Source: an uncultured Devosia sp.
GTDB taxonomy: Bacteria; Pseudomonadota; Alphaproteobacteria; Rhizobiales; Devosiaceae
Direction of reading: 5' to 3'
Length of the DNA stretch: 64,000 nt
NCBI GenBank assembly: GCA_966212275.1
Contig: CBIHQV010000011.1
Coordinates: 60,010-124,009 of the forward strand
Below the pieces are notes generated by a model, which was given only the letters and a program-made list of their open reading frames with translations, did no database searches and was not told the DNA's origin. Of this stretch, positions 1 to 9,077 are shown one piece after another. Position 1 is the stretch's first letter, and every line of letters begins with the position of its first letter. Made by a program: the position numbers and the translations under genes.

Positions 1-290
1 GCGCGACCTATATCTCGCCCTTCCTGGGCCGTCTCGATGACATCAACCTCGATGGCGTCGAACTGATCGAGAATATCCGTCAGATTTACGACAACTACGC
101 CTTCGACACCGAGATCCTGGCCGCTTCGATCCGCTCGCCCAACCACGTGACCCAGGTCGCGCTGGCCGGCGCCGACGTTGCCACCATCCCGCCCGACGTG
201 ATCCGCAAGCTGGCCAACCACCCGCTGACCAATTCGGGCATCGAAGGCTTCCTCAAGGACTGGAAGGCTACGGGTCAGTCGATCCTGTAG
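1..290 (+). CDS. tal: transaldolase (short, fructose-6-phosphate-aldolase type), C-terminal fragment; 5' end outside window
   Basis: Frame from nt 3 translates to [49 protein letters not shown]...[23 protein letters not shown], the conserved C-terminal half of short transaldolases. TAG at 288-290. Confidence 0.85.
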   Translation, partial: ATYISPFLGRLDDINLDGVELIENIRQIYDNYAFDTEILAASIRSPNHVTQVALAGADVATIPPDVIRKLANHPLTNSGIEGFLKDWKATGQSIL

Positions 291-318
291 TTGGTTCTGA
301 AGCTGCAACACACGCGAT

Positions 319-406
319 GTCACCCCGGCCTTGAGCCGGGGTCCATCCTGAGATGATGGTGCGCGGCTAGATATCAGGATGGATCCCGGCCTGCGCCGGG
401 ATGACA
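319..406. repeat. family-1 palindromic intergenic repeat (double hairpin, GTCACCCC...GGGATGAC)
   Basis: GTCACCCCGGCCTTGAGCCGGGG-TCCATCCTGAGAT...ATCAGGATGGATCCCGGCCTGCGCCGGGATGAC. Same architecture recurs at 5364, 45913 and (sub-type) 6587, 49195. Confidence 0.85.
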
Positions 407-446
407 CGGTGGTCGTCGATCCATCGTAGCAATCCGAAAGCCGCCC

Positions 447-1520
447 ATGGCCGATACCGAACTCGCTGCCGCCATCAAGTCCGCCCTTGCTGCCGTCGAG
501 ATTCCCGGCGGCGGTGACCTTGCCGGCTATGGCGGCCTTTCCGATATCATTGTCACCGCGGGCGCCGTGGCTTTCGCCATCGCGGTCGCGCCCGGCATGG
601 AGGCAGCCTTCGGCCCGGCCCGCGAAGAGGCCGCCGCGGTGGCGCAGAAGCTCGCCGGCACGCGCAAGGTCATGGTGTCGCTCACCGGTGGCAAGCCACC
701 GCCGAAGGCTGGTCCAACCTTCTCGCATGGCAAACCGGTTCCTCCGGGCAAGACCGCCGTACCCGGCATCAGGCACATCATTGCGGTTGGCTCCGGCAAG
801 GGCGGCGTCGGCAAGTCGACGACGGCCGTCAACATCGCCCTGGCGTTGCAGGCCGAAGGGCTCAAGGTCGGCATTCTCGATGCGGACCTTTATGGGCCCT
901 CCATCCCTAAGCTGCTGGGACTCGAAGGCCAGCCCGCTATCCGCGACGACGGCATCTTCACACCGCACGAAGCCTTTGGCCTCAAGGCCATGTCGATCGG
1001 CTCCATGCTGGTCAAGGACCAGGCCGTGGTCTGGCGGGGGCCCATGGCGACTTCGGCTTTGCGCCAACTGCTGCGCGAAACCGATTGGGGCAATCTCGAT
1101 ATCCTCGTCATCGACCTGCCGCCCGGCACCGGCGACATCCACATTTCGCTGTTCCAGCAGGCCGAGATTGCCGGCGTCGTCATCGTCTCGACGCCCCAGG
1201 ACCTGGCGCTGATCGACGCCAAGAAGGCCATCGATATGCTGCCCCGTTTCGGCGTGCCGATCCTGGGCCTGGTCGAAAACATGAGCTATTTCATCGCGCC
1301 CGACACCGGCACGCGCTACGACATCTTCGGCTCCGGCGGGGCCGAGCGGGCGGCGGGCGAGATGAACATGCCCTTCCTGGGCGCCATCCCCCTGGTCATG
1401 GCAATTCGCGAAGGCTCCGACGCTGGCCATCCGCCGGTTGCGGCAGCGCCGGACGGGCCTGAGGCGGCGGCCTACCGTGCAATCGCTGATCGCATATTGT
1501 CGCAACTGCAGCCAGGTTGA
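447..1520 (+). CDS. apbC: Mrp/ApbC (NBP35) family Fe-S cluster carrier ATPase
   Basis: 357-aa ORF with deviant Walker A GSGKGGVGKSTTAVN, DADLYGPS and the C-terminal ENMSYF motif typical of Mrp/ApbC. Confidence 0.9.
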   Translation: MADTELAAAIKSALAAVEIPGGGDLAGYGGLSDIIVTAGAVAFAIAVAPGMEAAFGPAREEAAAVAQKLAGTRKVMVSLTGGKPPPKAGPTFSHGKPVPPGKTAVPGIRHIIAVGSGKGGVGKSTTAVNIALALQAEGLKVGILDADLYGPSIPKLLGLEGQPAIRDDGIFTPHEAFGLKAMSIGSMLVKDQAVVWRGPMATSALRQLLRETDWGNLDILVIDLPPGTGDIHISLFQQAEIAGVVIVSTPQDLALIDAKKAIDMLPRFGVPILGLVENMSYFIAPDTGTRYDIFGSGGAERAAGEMNMPFLGAIPLVMAIREGSDAGHPPVAAAPDGPEAAAYRAIADRILSQLQPG

Positions 1521-1557
1521 GTACCACTTTGTTAGGACTGCGGCCCCATCCTGAGGC

Positions 1558-1830
1558 ATGGCAGTCATCGGCGCAGTCAGCAGCTATGACGTAATTCAGG
1601 CTCACCGGGCCCGGAATCGCAGCTATGCCGACTTCGCGGCGCAGCGATCCGAAGCGCGCCAGCAAGCCGCACAGATGACTTTGGCCAAGAGCGCATCGAC
1701 ACTTGGCACGCTGATGGACAGCGTTGCCCAAGCTGGCGCCGGCGCCAGCCAGTTGACCTCGATGATGATCCGCAGCCGCATGGCTGCCGAGGCCAAGGAA
1801 AAGGCAGAGCCCTCCAAGTGGTACGCTTGA
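1558..1830 (+). CDS. hypothetical small protein (90 aa)
   Basis: Only an ORF in an otherwise empty 390-nt gap. No recognisable motif; the SD (GAGG) is too close to the ATG, so the start is uncertain. Confidence 0.3.
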   Translation: MAVIGAVSSYDVIQAHRARNRSYADFAAQRSEARQQAAQMTLAKSASTLGTLMDSVAQAGAGASQLTSMMIRSRMAAEAKEKAEPSKWYA

Positions 1831-1851
1831 GCCGCTAGGCCTTCCGCCTCC

Positions 1852-1863
1852 GCAATCGATTGC
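1852..1863. promoter_or_regulatory. perfect 12-bp palindrome GCAATCGATTGC, LacI-family-operator-like, upstream of the glucosidase genes
   Basis: Perfect palindrome with a central CG, 68 nt upstream of the beta-glucosidase ATG. Shape matches LacI/GalR-type operators (TGNAANCGNTTNCA class). Confidence 0.35.
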
Positions 1864-1930
1864 ATAACCTCTGGACCTGCGCTATCTGGCTTAGCCCAAT
1901 CACGGCGAAATGCCGGCCAGAGGAGCCTTT

Positions 1931-3244
1931 ATGTTCTCAATCGACCGCAAGGACTTCGGTCCAGGCTTCACCTTCGGCGTCGCCACCGCCGCCTACCAGA
2001 TCGAAGGCGGCCAGCGCGACGGGCGCGGCCCTTCCATCTGGGACAGCTTCTCGTCCACGGCGGGCAATGTTCACAATGGCGATACCGGCATCAACGCCTG
2101 CAATCACTACGAACTCTGGCCGCAGGACCTCGACCTGATCCGCGACGGCGGCTTTGACGCCTACCGCTTCTCCTTTGCCTGGCCGCGCCTCATCCCCGAG
2201 GGCACCGGCGCGGTGAACCAGGCCGGCATCGACTTCTACGATCGCCTGCTCGACGGCATGCTCGAACGCGGCATCAAGCCCTATGCTACGCTTTACCATT
2301 GGGATCTGCCTTCGCCGTTGCAGGACAAGGGCGGCTGGATGAACCGCGATATTGCCGGCTGGTTTGGCGACTATGCCGCGCTGGTGGCCGAGAAGTTCGG
2401 CGATCGCCTGCAGGCCACCGCCACTATCAACGAGCCCTGGTGCGTCGCCTTCCTCAGCCACTATCTGGGCATTCATGCCCCCGGCTATCGCGACATCCGT
2501 GCCGCTGCACGCGCCATGCACCATGTGCTGTTTGCCCACGGCACCGCCATCGACGCCCTGCGGGCCAATGGCGCCAAGAATCTGGGTATCGTGCTCAATC
2601 TCGAGAAGTCCGAGGCTGCGTCCGACAAGCCCGAGGACTTGGCGGCCATGGACATGGGCGATGCCCTGTTCAATCGCTGGTATCTCGGTGGCGTGCTCAA
2701 GGGGCAGTACCCTGAGGTCGTCACCAACTGGCTCGGCGACAATCTGCCCAAGGGCTACCAGCAGGATATGGAAGTGGTGTCGCGCCCGCTCGATTGGCTG
2801 GGGATCAACTACTATACCCGCGGCATCTACAAGGCCGGCGAGCCGGGCGGCAGCCCGATCGAGCAGGTCAAGGGGCCGCTGGAGAAGACCGATATCGGCT
2901 GGGAGATCTATCCCAAGGGCCTGAGCGATCTGCTGGTCCGCGTTTCCAACGACTACACCAAGATCCCGCTCTACGTGACCGAGAACGGCATGGCCGAGGT
3001 CGAGGGCAACGACGATCCGCGCCGCGTCACCTATTATGACGACCACCTCAGGGCCGTGCTGACGGCGCGCGAGCAGGGCGCCGATGTGCGTGGCTACTTC
3101 GCCTGGTCGCTGCTCGACAATTACGAATGGGCCGAGGGCTACAACAAGCGCTTCGGTATCGTGCATGTCGATTACGAGACCCAGGTGCGTACGCCCAAGT
3201 CCAGCTACCGCGCCTTCCAGGGCATGCTGCACAATACCCGCTGA
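1931..3244 (+). CDS. bglA: beta-glucosidase, glycoside hydrolase family 1
   Basis: GH1 signatures in translation: FGVATAAYQIEG near the N-terminus, acid/base TINEPW, nucleophile YVTENG, WSLLDNYEW. Start moved to MFSIDRK (ATG 1931) inside ORF 1910-3244. Confidence 0.9.
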   Translation: MFSIDRKDFGPGFTFGVATAAYQIEGGQRDGRGPSIWDSFSSTAGNVHNGDTGINACNHYELWPQDLDLIRDGGFDAYRFSFAWPRLIPEGTGAVNQAGIDFYDRLLDGMLERGIKPYATLYHWDLPSPLQDKGGWMNRDIAGWFGDYAALVAEKFGDRLQATATINEPWCVAFLSHYLGIHAPGYRDIRAAARAMHHVLFAHGTAIDALRANGAKNLGIVLNLEKSEAASDKPEDLAAMDMGDALFNRWYLGGVLKGQYPEVVTNWLGDNLPKGYQQDMEVVSRPLDWLGINYYTRGIYKAGEPGGSPIEQVKGPLEKTDIGWEIYPKGLSDLLVRVSNDYTKIPLYVTENGMAEVEGNDDPRRVTYYDDHLRAVLTAREQGADVRGYFAWSLLDNYEWAEGYNKRFGIVHVDYETQVRTPKSSYRAFQGMLHNTR

Positions 3245-3304
3245 AGCCGCCTTGCCTCCGTCACGAAGGCTGCGTTAATTGGCTCTCGCCCGCAGGAGAG
3301 AGCC

Positions 3305-4978
3305 ATGACCGCCACCTCGCTGATGACCGAGCCGAAGACGAGTGACGAAACCACCATCGATCGCGACTGGTGGCGCGGCGCGGTGATCTACCAGATCTAT
3401 CCGCGCTCGTTCCAGGACCAGAATGGCGACGGCGTCGGCGACCTGGTGGGCATTACCAGCCGGCTCGACTATGTCGCAGATCTCGGCGTCGACGCCATCT
3501 GGCTGTCGCCGGTCTTTACCAGCCCGATGAAGGATTTCGGCTACGACGTCTCCGACTATCGCGGCATCGATCCCAGCTTTGGTACGCTCGAAGATTTCGA
3601 CCGGCTGGTGCAGAAGGCCCATTCGCTGGGGCTCAAGGTCATCATCGACCAGGTGATCAGCCACTCCTCCGACAAGCATGCCTGGTTCGCCGAATCTCGC
3701 CAGTCCCGCACCAATCCGCGCGCCGACTGGTATGTCTGGGCCGACCCCAAGCCCGATGGCACGCCGCCCAATAACTGGCTTTCCATCTTCGGCGGCTCCG
3801 CCTGGCAGTGGGATAGCCGGCGCATGCAGTATTACATGCACAATTTCCTGGTCTCCCAGCCCGACCTCAACTTCCACAATCCCGATGTGCAGGAAGCCCT
3901 GCTCGGCGACATGCGCTTCTGGCTCGAACGCGGCGTCGATGGCTTCCGTCTCGATACGGTGAACTTCTATTTCCACTCGACGGGGCTCGAATCCAACCCG
4001 GTAGTGAAGCCTGAGGATTTCAACGCCTCGACCGCCCCGGCCGTGAACCCCTATAATTTCCAGGAACACCTGTTCGACAAGTCGCGGCCGGAGAACCTCG
4101 ATTTCCTCAAGCGCCTGCGCGCCATGATGGACGAATATCCGGGCACGACGACGGTCGGCGAAATCGGCGACAGCCAGCACCAGCTCGCGATCATGGCCCA
4201 GTACACCTCGGGGCACGACCGGCTGCACATGGCCTATACCTTCGATTATCTCGGTGGCGAATTCTCCGCCGGACATTTCAAGACCTCCATCGCCGCCACC
4301 GAAGCCGGCGCCCCCGAGGGCTGGATCTGCCTTGCTTTCTCCAACCACGATGTGGTGCGCCATGTGAGCCGTTGGGCAACGCATGGGCAGGAGGCGGCCT
4401 TCACCCGCCTCGCCGCCACGCTGATCCTCTGCATGCGCGGCTCGGTCTGCCTCTACCAGGGCGAGGAACTGGGCCTGAAGGAGGCCGAACTGGCCTTCGA
4501 GGACCTGGTCGATCCCTATGGCATCGAGTTCTGGCCGCAGTTCAAGGGCCGCGACGGCTGCCGCACGCCCATGGTCTGGCAGGCGCATGCCGCCAATGGC
4601 GCCTTCTCGACCGCCAACCGCACCTGGCTGCCGGTGCCGGCCGAACACCTGCTGCATGCCGTCGATACCCAGGACAATATCGACGGCTCGGTGCTCGAAT
4701 TCTACCGGGCGCTGCTGGTTTTCCGCAAAGCCCACCCGGCGCTGATCAAGGGTCGTATCGAACTCCTTGAGGCCGCCGACGCCGATGTGCTGGCCTTTAT
4801 TCGCGAGCACGAGGGCGAGCGCCTGCTGTGCGTCTTCAACATGAGCGACGCCGGCGCCGAATTCGCCGTGCCGGCGGGCCTGTCGCCAGCCAGCGCCGAC
4901 TGCCCCGGCGTCACCGCCGCAGTGATCGAGGGCGAAATAGACCTCGAGCCGTTCGGCGCCTATATCGGCGTGCTGTAG
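3305..4978 (+). CDS. aglA: alpha-glucosidase (GH13, oligo-1,6-glucosidase/AglA-like)
   Basis: 557 aa. WWRGAVIYQIYPRSFQD, GDLVGITSRLDYVADLGVDAIWLSP, GFRLDTVNF and EIGD are classic GH13 subfamily motifs. Confidence 0.9.
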   Translation: MTATSLMTEPKTSDETTIDRDWWRGAVIYQIYPRSFQDQNGDGVGDLVGITSRLDYVADLGVDAIWLSPVFTSPMKDFGYDVSDYRGIDPSFGTLEDFDRLVQKAHSLGLKVIIDQVISHSSDKHAWFAESRQSRTNPRADWYVWADPKPDGTPPNNWLSIFGGSAWQWDSRRMQYYMHNFLVSQPDLNFHNPDVQEALLGDMRFWLERGVDGFRLDTVNFYFHSTGLESNPVVKPEDFNASTAPAVNPYNFQEHLFDKSRPENLDFLKRLRAMMDEYPGTTTVGEIGDSQHQLAIMAQYTSGHDRLHMAYTFDYLGGEFSAGHFKTSIAATEAGAPEGWICLAFSNHDVVRHVSRWATHGQEAAFTRLAATLILCMRGSVCLYQGEELGLKEAELAFEDLVDPYGIEFWPQFKGRDGCRTPMVWQAHAANGAFSTANRTWLPVPAEHLLHAVDTQDNIDGSVLEFYRALLVFRKAHPALIKGRIELLEAADADVLAFIREHEGERLLCVFNMSDAGAEFAVPAGLSPASADCPGVTAAVIEGEIDLEPFGAYIGVL

Positions 4979-5363
4979 GCGCGCGAAAGCGCCGCCTGGC
5001 TGCGGTTTTCGTGCGACATGGAGCGAGGCAAGCCTCGGTGCCGGTCGTCCGGCGAAAAATAGACGTGAAGCTGACCTCGCTCCATGTTTCCGAAGGCTCT
5101 GCGGGGAGGACCGTCTGGGCATGGAGTCCGTTGCCAATACTGGTGGGGTGACATGCGCCTGCCCCACCCGACCCGGGGACGAATCCGGATCCAGATCATC
5201 CTCTTGCCGCAGGATCGCGGGCGACCCCGCGACCATCCGGACTCCCCGCACCGACCGTTCGTCGCGACCGCGCAGCATGTGCGGAGATGGGTGATAGTAT
5301 AGGGGCGCGTTTGGTAGACGGGGATAAGTATTGTTGGGGGCGGCTGTAATGCCAACCCACCGT

Positions 5364-5459
5364 GTCATCCCGGCGAAGGCCGGGATCCATCCTGCGGTCT
5401 TTCTACGCCGCAGCGCGACCAGTCATCTCAGGATGGATTCCGGCCTGCGCCGGAATGAC
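5364..5459. repeat. family-1 palindromic intergenic repeat (double hairpin)
   Basis: GTCATCCCGGCGAAGGCCGGGATCCATCCTG...CTCAGGATGGATTCCGGCCTGCGCCGGAATGAC; near-identical modules to 319-406 and 45913-46030. Confidence 0.85.
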
Positions 5460-5585
5460 ATCGTGCTCGTGGGTGGATGGTGCCGCGTCCAGCTGCATGC
5501 GTGCCACCGACAGCCACACACGATCCCATCGGGAACCAAATCGCCTAAGCGGGCTTCTCTCCCTATTCTGGGAGGAAACACACGC

Positions 5586-6554
5586 ATGAAATCTCTGCTC
5601 GCCACCCTGGCCGTCGCCGGGGCGTTTGTCGTCGCTGCGTCTGCGCAGGCACAGGACTTCCCCACCAAGCCCATCAATCTCGTCGTGCCCTTTGCCGCTG
5701 GTGGCTCCACCGATCTGGTCGGGCGCGTCATCGCCGAGGGCATGAGCGCGCAGCTCGGCCAGCAGGTGCTTGTGGTCAACCAGGCCGGCGCCGGCGGCGT
5801 GCTCGGGGCCACGGCCGTGGCCGATGCGGCGCCCGATGGCTACACGATCCTGATGGGCACCATCGCCACTCACGCGCTCAGCGCCTCGCTCTACGCCACG
5901 CCGCCCTTCGACCCCTCGGCCGATTTCGCGCCGATCTCGCTGCTTGTTACGGTGCCCAATGTGCTGCTGGTCAATCCGGACTTCCCGGCCAACACGGTCG
6001 AAGAGCTGATTGCCAAGCTCAAGGCCGAGCCGGAAACGCATGCCTATGCCTCGTCCGGCAATGGCACGCCGCTGCACCTGTCAGGCGAACTGTTCAAATC
6101 CATGGCCGGGGTCGACATGGTCCACGTGCCCTATCAGGGCTCGGGCCCGGCGCTGGTCGATGCGCTGAGCGGCGCGGTGCCCATCATTTTCGACAACCTG
6201 CCTTCGGCGACCGAACACATGAAGGCTGGTACGCTGCGGCCGCTTGCCGTCACCACGCCGGAGCGCGCCGCCAGCTTCCCCGATGTGCCGACGATGGATG
6301 AGGCCGGGGTTCCCGGCTACGAGACCAATACCTGGAATGCGCTGTTCGCCCCGGCCGGCACGCCGCCTGAGGTGATCGCCAGACTCAATGAAGCGGCTGT
6401 TGCCGTGGTCAATGACCCGGCGGTGAAGGAGCGCCTGGCCGGTGTTGGTGCCGTGGTCGTTGGTTCGACAGCGGAGGAACTGGCGGCGCATGTGTCGGCC
6501 GAGGTAGCGCGGTGGAAGCCGGTGATCGAGGCGGCTGGGGTTACGGTGGAGTAA
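5586..6554 (+). CDS. tripartite tricarboxylate transporter substrate-binding protein (TctC/Bug family)
   Basis: Signal peptide MKSLLATLAVAGAFVVAASAQA, then FPTKPINLVVPFAAGGSTDLVGR and HVPYQGSGPALVDALSG, typical Bug/TctC motifs. The 5' part of ORF 5331-6554 only reads through the repeat. Confidence 0.85.
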   Translation: MKSLLATLAVAGAFVVAASAQAQDFPTKPINLVVPFAAGGSTDLVGRVIAEGMSAQLGQQVLVVNQAGAGGVLGATAVADAAPDGYTILMGTIATHALSASLYATPPFDPSADFAPISLLVTVPNVLLVNPDFPANTVEELIAKLKAEPETHAYASSGNGTPLHLSGELFKSMAGVDMVHVPYQGSGPALVDALSGAVPIIFDNLPSATEHMKAGTLRPLAVTTPERAASFPDVPTMDEAGVPGYETNTWNALFAPAGTPPEVIARLNEAAVAVVNDPAVKERLAGVGAVVVGSTAEELAAHVSAEVARWKPVIEAAGVTVE

Positions 6555-6586
6555 GGGGCGCAGACGTCTGCTCCAAAACACTGAGC

Positions 6587-6670
6587 GTCACCCTCGGGCC
6601 TGACCCGAGGGCTCTTCACTTACCGAACGCTCCGCAAGTACAGAGCCCTCGGGTCAAGCCCGAGGGTGAC
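6587..6670. repeat. family-1 palindromic intergenic repeat (CCCTCGGG sub-type)
   Basis: GTCACCCTCGGGCCTGACCCGAGGGCTCT...AGAGCCCTCGGGTCAAGCCCGAGGGTGAC; sister copy at 49195-49279. Confidence 0.85.
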
Positions 6671-6682
6671 GATCCAGTGCGT

Positions 6683-8251
6683 TCAGGCGCTGGCGCCAAC
6701 CTCCGCCAGCCGCGCCGCCATCAGGTCGCGCGTCAGCCGGTGTTGCGGGCGCGCAAAGATCTCGCCCGGCTTGCCTTCTTCCACGATCTTGCCGGCTTCC
6801 ATTACCAGCACCCGGTCGGCCATGGCGCGCACCATGTCGAGGTCGTGGCTGATGATGAGATAGGTCAGCCCGAAATCGGCTTGCAGCCGTGCCAGCAGCG
6901 TCAGCACCTCGCCGCGCACCGAGACGTCGAGGGCCGAGACCGGCTCGTCCAGCACCACGAGCTTTGGTCGCGTCACCAGCGCCCGGGCGATGGCGAGCCG
7001 CTGGCGCTGGCCGCCGGAAAATTCGTGCGGATAGCGGGTCAGCATGCCGGCATCGAGACCCACGGCCTCGATCGCCTCTACAAGCCTTGAACGCTTCGCC
7101 TCGCCGCTCAACTCCGGCTCCAGCCGCAGCGGTTCGCCGACCGAGTCGGCGATCGTCAGTCGCGGATTGAAGCTGCCGAACGGATCCTGGAACACCAGCG
7201 ATATGTCGCGCCGCAGCGCCTTGGGCAGGTCCGAGCCATGATAGGTCGTGCCCGCCAGCCGCACGGCGCCTGATGTAGCCCGGTCCAGCCCGACGATGAT
7301 CTTGGCCAGGGTGGTCTTGCCGCAGCCAGAGGGCCCGACCAGCGCCAGGCACTCCGATTGGGCGACGGAGAAGTGGACATTGTCCACCGCCCGCAGGGGT
7401 TTGTCGGCCCAGAACAGCATGCCGCCCTGGCGGTAATCTCGCGTTACGCCGTCGACTTCGAGCAGCGTGTCGCCTATCGGCGGGCGCGACTGCGGCCGCA
7501 CATCGAAGCGCGAGGCGGCGACCAGCTTTTGGGTATAGGGCTGTTTGGGCGCCGAGAATGTGCCGGTCGTCGTGCCGGTTTCGACCAGCTTGCCCCGGTG
7601 CATCACCGCGACGCGCGTGCAGAGCGCGTTCACGGCCTTGAGGTCGTGGCTGATGAACAGCAGCGCCATATGCCGCCGCGCGCAGATGCTGGCAATCAGG
7701 TCGAGCACCTTGCGTTGGGTAATGAGATCGAGCGCCGATGTCGGCTCGTCGGCGATCAGAATGTCGGGCCGGCTGGCCAGAGCCATCGCGATCATGACAC
7801 GCTGGCGCTGGCCGCCCGAGAGCTGGTGCGGAAAGCGCTCGCCATGGCGGAGTTCGAGGCCGACCTCTTCGAGCAGGTAGGGCACCTCCATCGGCGCCGC
7901 GCCATTGCCCTCTGTGAGGCGGATGGCTTCCTCGATCTGGTCATGCACCCGCATCAGCGGATTGAGCGCCGTCATCGGCTCCTGGAACACCATGCCGATG
8001 CGCTGGCCGCGCAGCCGCGCCATGGCGCGTTCAGAGGTGGGGAGAGGCTCGCCATCGAGGGTGATGCTGCCGCTCATGGCAGCGCCTTCGGGCAGGAGGC
8101 CGGTGACCGCCAGCGCCGTCAGCGTCTTGCCTGAGCCGCTTTCCCCGATAATGCCGAAGCGCTCGCCGCGCTGCAGAGTGAAGCTGACATCGCTGACCGC
8201 CTCGAATGCGCCGAAGCGAATGGAGAGCCCGGAAACCTCAAGCAAGGACAT
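6683..8251 (-). CDS. ABC transporter ATP-binding protein, fused double ATPase (peptide/nickel DppD-DppF type)
   Basis: 522 aa with two Walker A sites (GESGSGKT, GPSGCGKT) and two LSGGQRQR signatures. Overlaps the upstream permease by 14 nt. Confidence 0.9.
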   Translation of the reverse strand: MSLLEVSGLSIRFGAFEAVSDVSFTLQRGERFGIIGESGSGKTLTALAVTGLLPEGAAMSGSITLDGEPLPTSERAMARLRGQRIGMVFQEPMTALNPLMRVHDQIEEAIRLTEGNGAAPMEVPYLLEEVGLELRHGERFPHQLSGGQRQRVMIAMALASRPDILIADEPTSALDLITQRKVLDLIASICARRHMALLFISHDLKAVNALCTRVAVMHRGKLVETGTTTGTFSAPKQPYTQKLVAASRFDVRPQSRPPIGDTLLEVDGVTRDYRQGGMLFWADKPLRAVDNVHFSVAQSECLALVGPSGCGKTTLAKIIVGLDRATSGAVRLAGTTYHGSDLPKALRRDISLVFQDPFGSFNPRLTIADSVGEPLRLEPELSGEAKRSRLVEAIEAVGLDAGMLTRYPHEFSGGQRQRLAIARALVTRPKLVVLDEPVSALDVSVRGEVLTLLARLQADFGLTYLIISHDLDMVRAMADRVLVMEAGKIVEEGKPGEIFARPQHRLTRDLMAARLAEVGASA

Positions 8252-9077
8252 TGGGATTTCCCTGCCGCAGGCGTGGATCTATGGCATCGCGCAGGCCGTC
8301 GCCGGCAATATTGAGCGCGATGACGATGAGCACGATGGAAAGCCCCGGCAGCAGGGTCAGCCAGGGATGGAGCAGGAACACGCCCTGCGCATCGCGCAGC
8401 ATCAGCCCCAGGCTGGTGGCGGGTGGCTGGGTGCCCAGCCCGATATAGGAGAGGCCCGCTTCGGCCAGGATGCCCAGCGACATCTGGATGGTGCCCTGCA
8501 CGATGATGAGGCTCATGATATTGGGCAGGAGATGCCGCCAGGCGATGAGCGCATTGCCCAGCCCTGCCAGCCGGCCCGCCGCCACGAAATCGAGCGTGGC
8601 TATGCTGAGCGCGCCGCCGCGCGCGACGCGGGCGAACACCGGAATATTGAAAATGCCGATGGCGACGATGGCGTTGACGGCGCCCGGGCCGATCAGCGTG
8701 GTGATGAGAATGGCGACGATGACCGCCGGGAAGGCGAAGACGAAATCGGTGAGCCGCAGCACCAGCCACTCGACCGCGCCGCCCCAGGCCGCGGCGGCGA
8801 GGCCCAGCGGCACACCAATGCCGACGCCGATGGCGACGGCCACGGCGGCGACGAGGAAGCTGGTCCAGGTTCCGGCCATGACGAGGCTCAGCATGTCGCG
8901 GCCCAGATTATCGGTGCCCAGCCAGTGCGCCGCCGATGGCCCGAGATAGCGGCGGGCGATGTCGATCTGCTCGATGGGGTAGGGGGTCCATACCAGCGAC
9001 AGCAGCCCGATGACGAGGAAGATCACCGTGGCGCCGAGCCCGATGACGAGGCTGGGATGGCTGAGCAGGCGCCTCAT
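8238..9077 (-). CDS. ABC transporter permease (DppC/OppC-like)
   Basis: Start set at MRRLLSHPSLVIGLGATV (ATG complement 9075-9077), giving a 4-nt ATGA overlap with the upstream permease. Multi-TM with the binding-protein-dependent transport signature region. Confidence 0.85.
   Translation of the reverse strand: MRRLLSHPSLVIGLGATVIFLVIGLLSLVWTPYPIEQIDIARRYLGPSAAHWLGTDNLGRDMLSLVMAGTWTSFLVAAVAVAIGVGIGVPLGLAAAAWGGAVEWLVLRLTDFVFAFPAVIVAILITTLIGPGAVNAIVAIGIFNIPVFARVARGGALSIATLDFVAAGRLAGLGNALIAWRHLLPNIMSLIIVQGTIQMSLGILAEAGLSYIGLGTQPPATSLGLMLRDAQGVFLLHPWLTLLPGLSIVLIVIALNIAGDGLRDAIDPRLRQGNPNVLA

Noticed and set aside
5130-5340. G-tract-rich segment (GGGG...GGGG...GGGGG) and a GGTGGGG/CCCCACC hairpin in the long aglA-TctC spacer; possible G-quadruplex or sRNA.
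   Set aside because: Loop lengths between G-tracts are long and irregular, and no promoter/terminator pair frames the segment. The evidence is insufficient to call a feature.
3275-5368. 697-aa ORF on the minus strand opposite the alpha-glucosidase gene. Similar long antisense ORFs occur at 1937-3232, 10082-11674, 19729-21549, 35007-36614, 38675-41251, 43099-44376, 52912-54105 and 56270-57958.
   Set aside because: Each lies exactly antisense to a gene with unmistakable family motifs. Their translations are Arg/Gly/Ala/His-rich low-information sequence with no motifs. High GC suppresses stop codons in antisense frames. They are treated as shadow ORFs.
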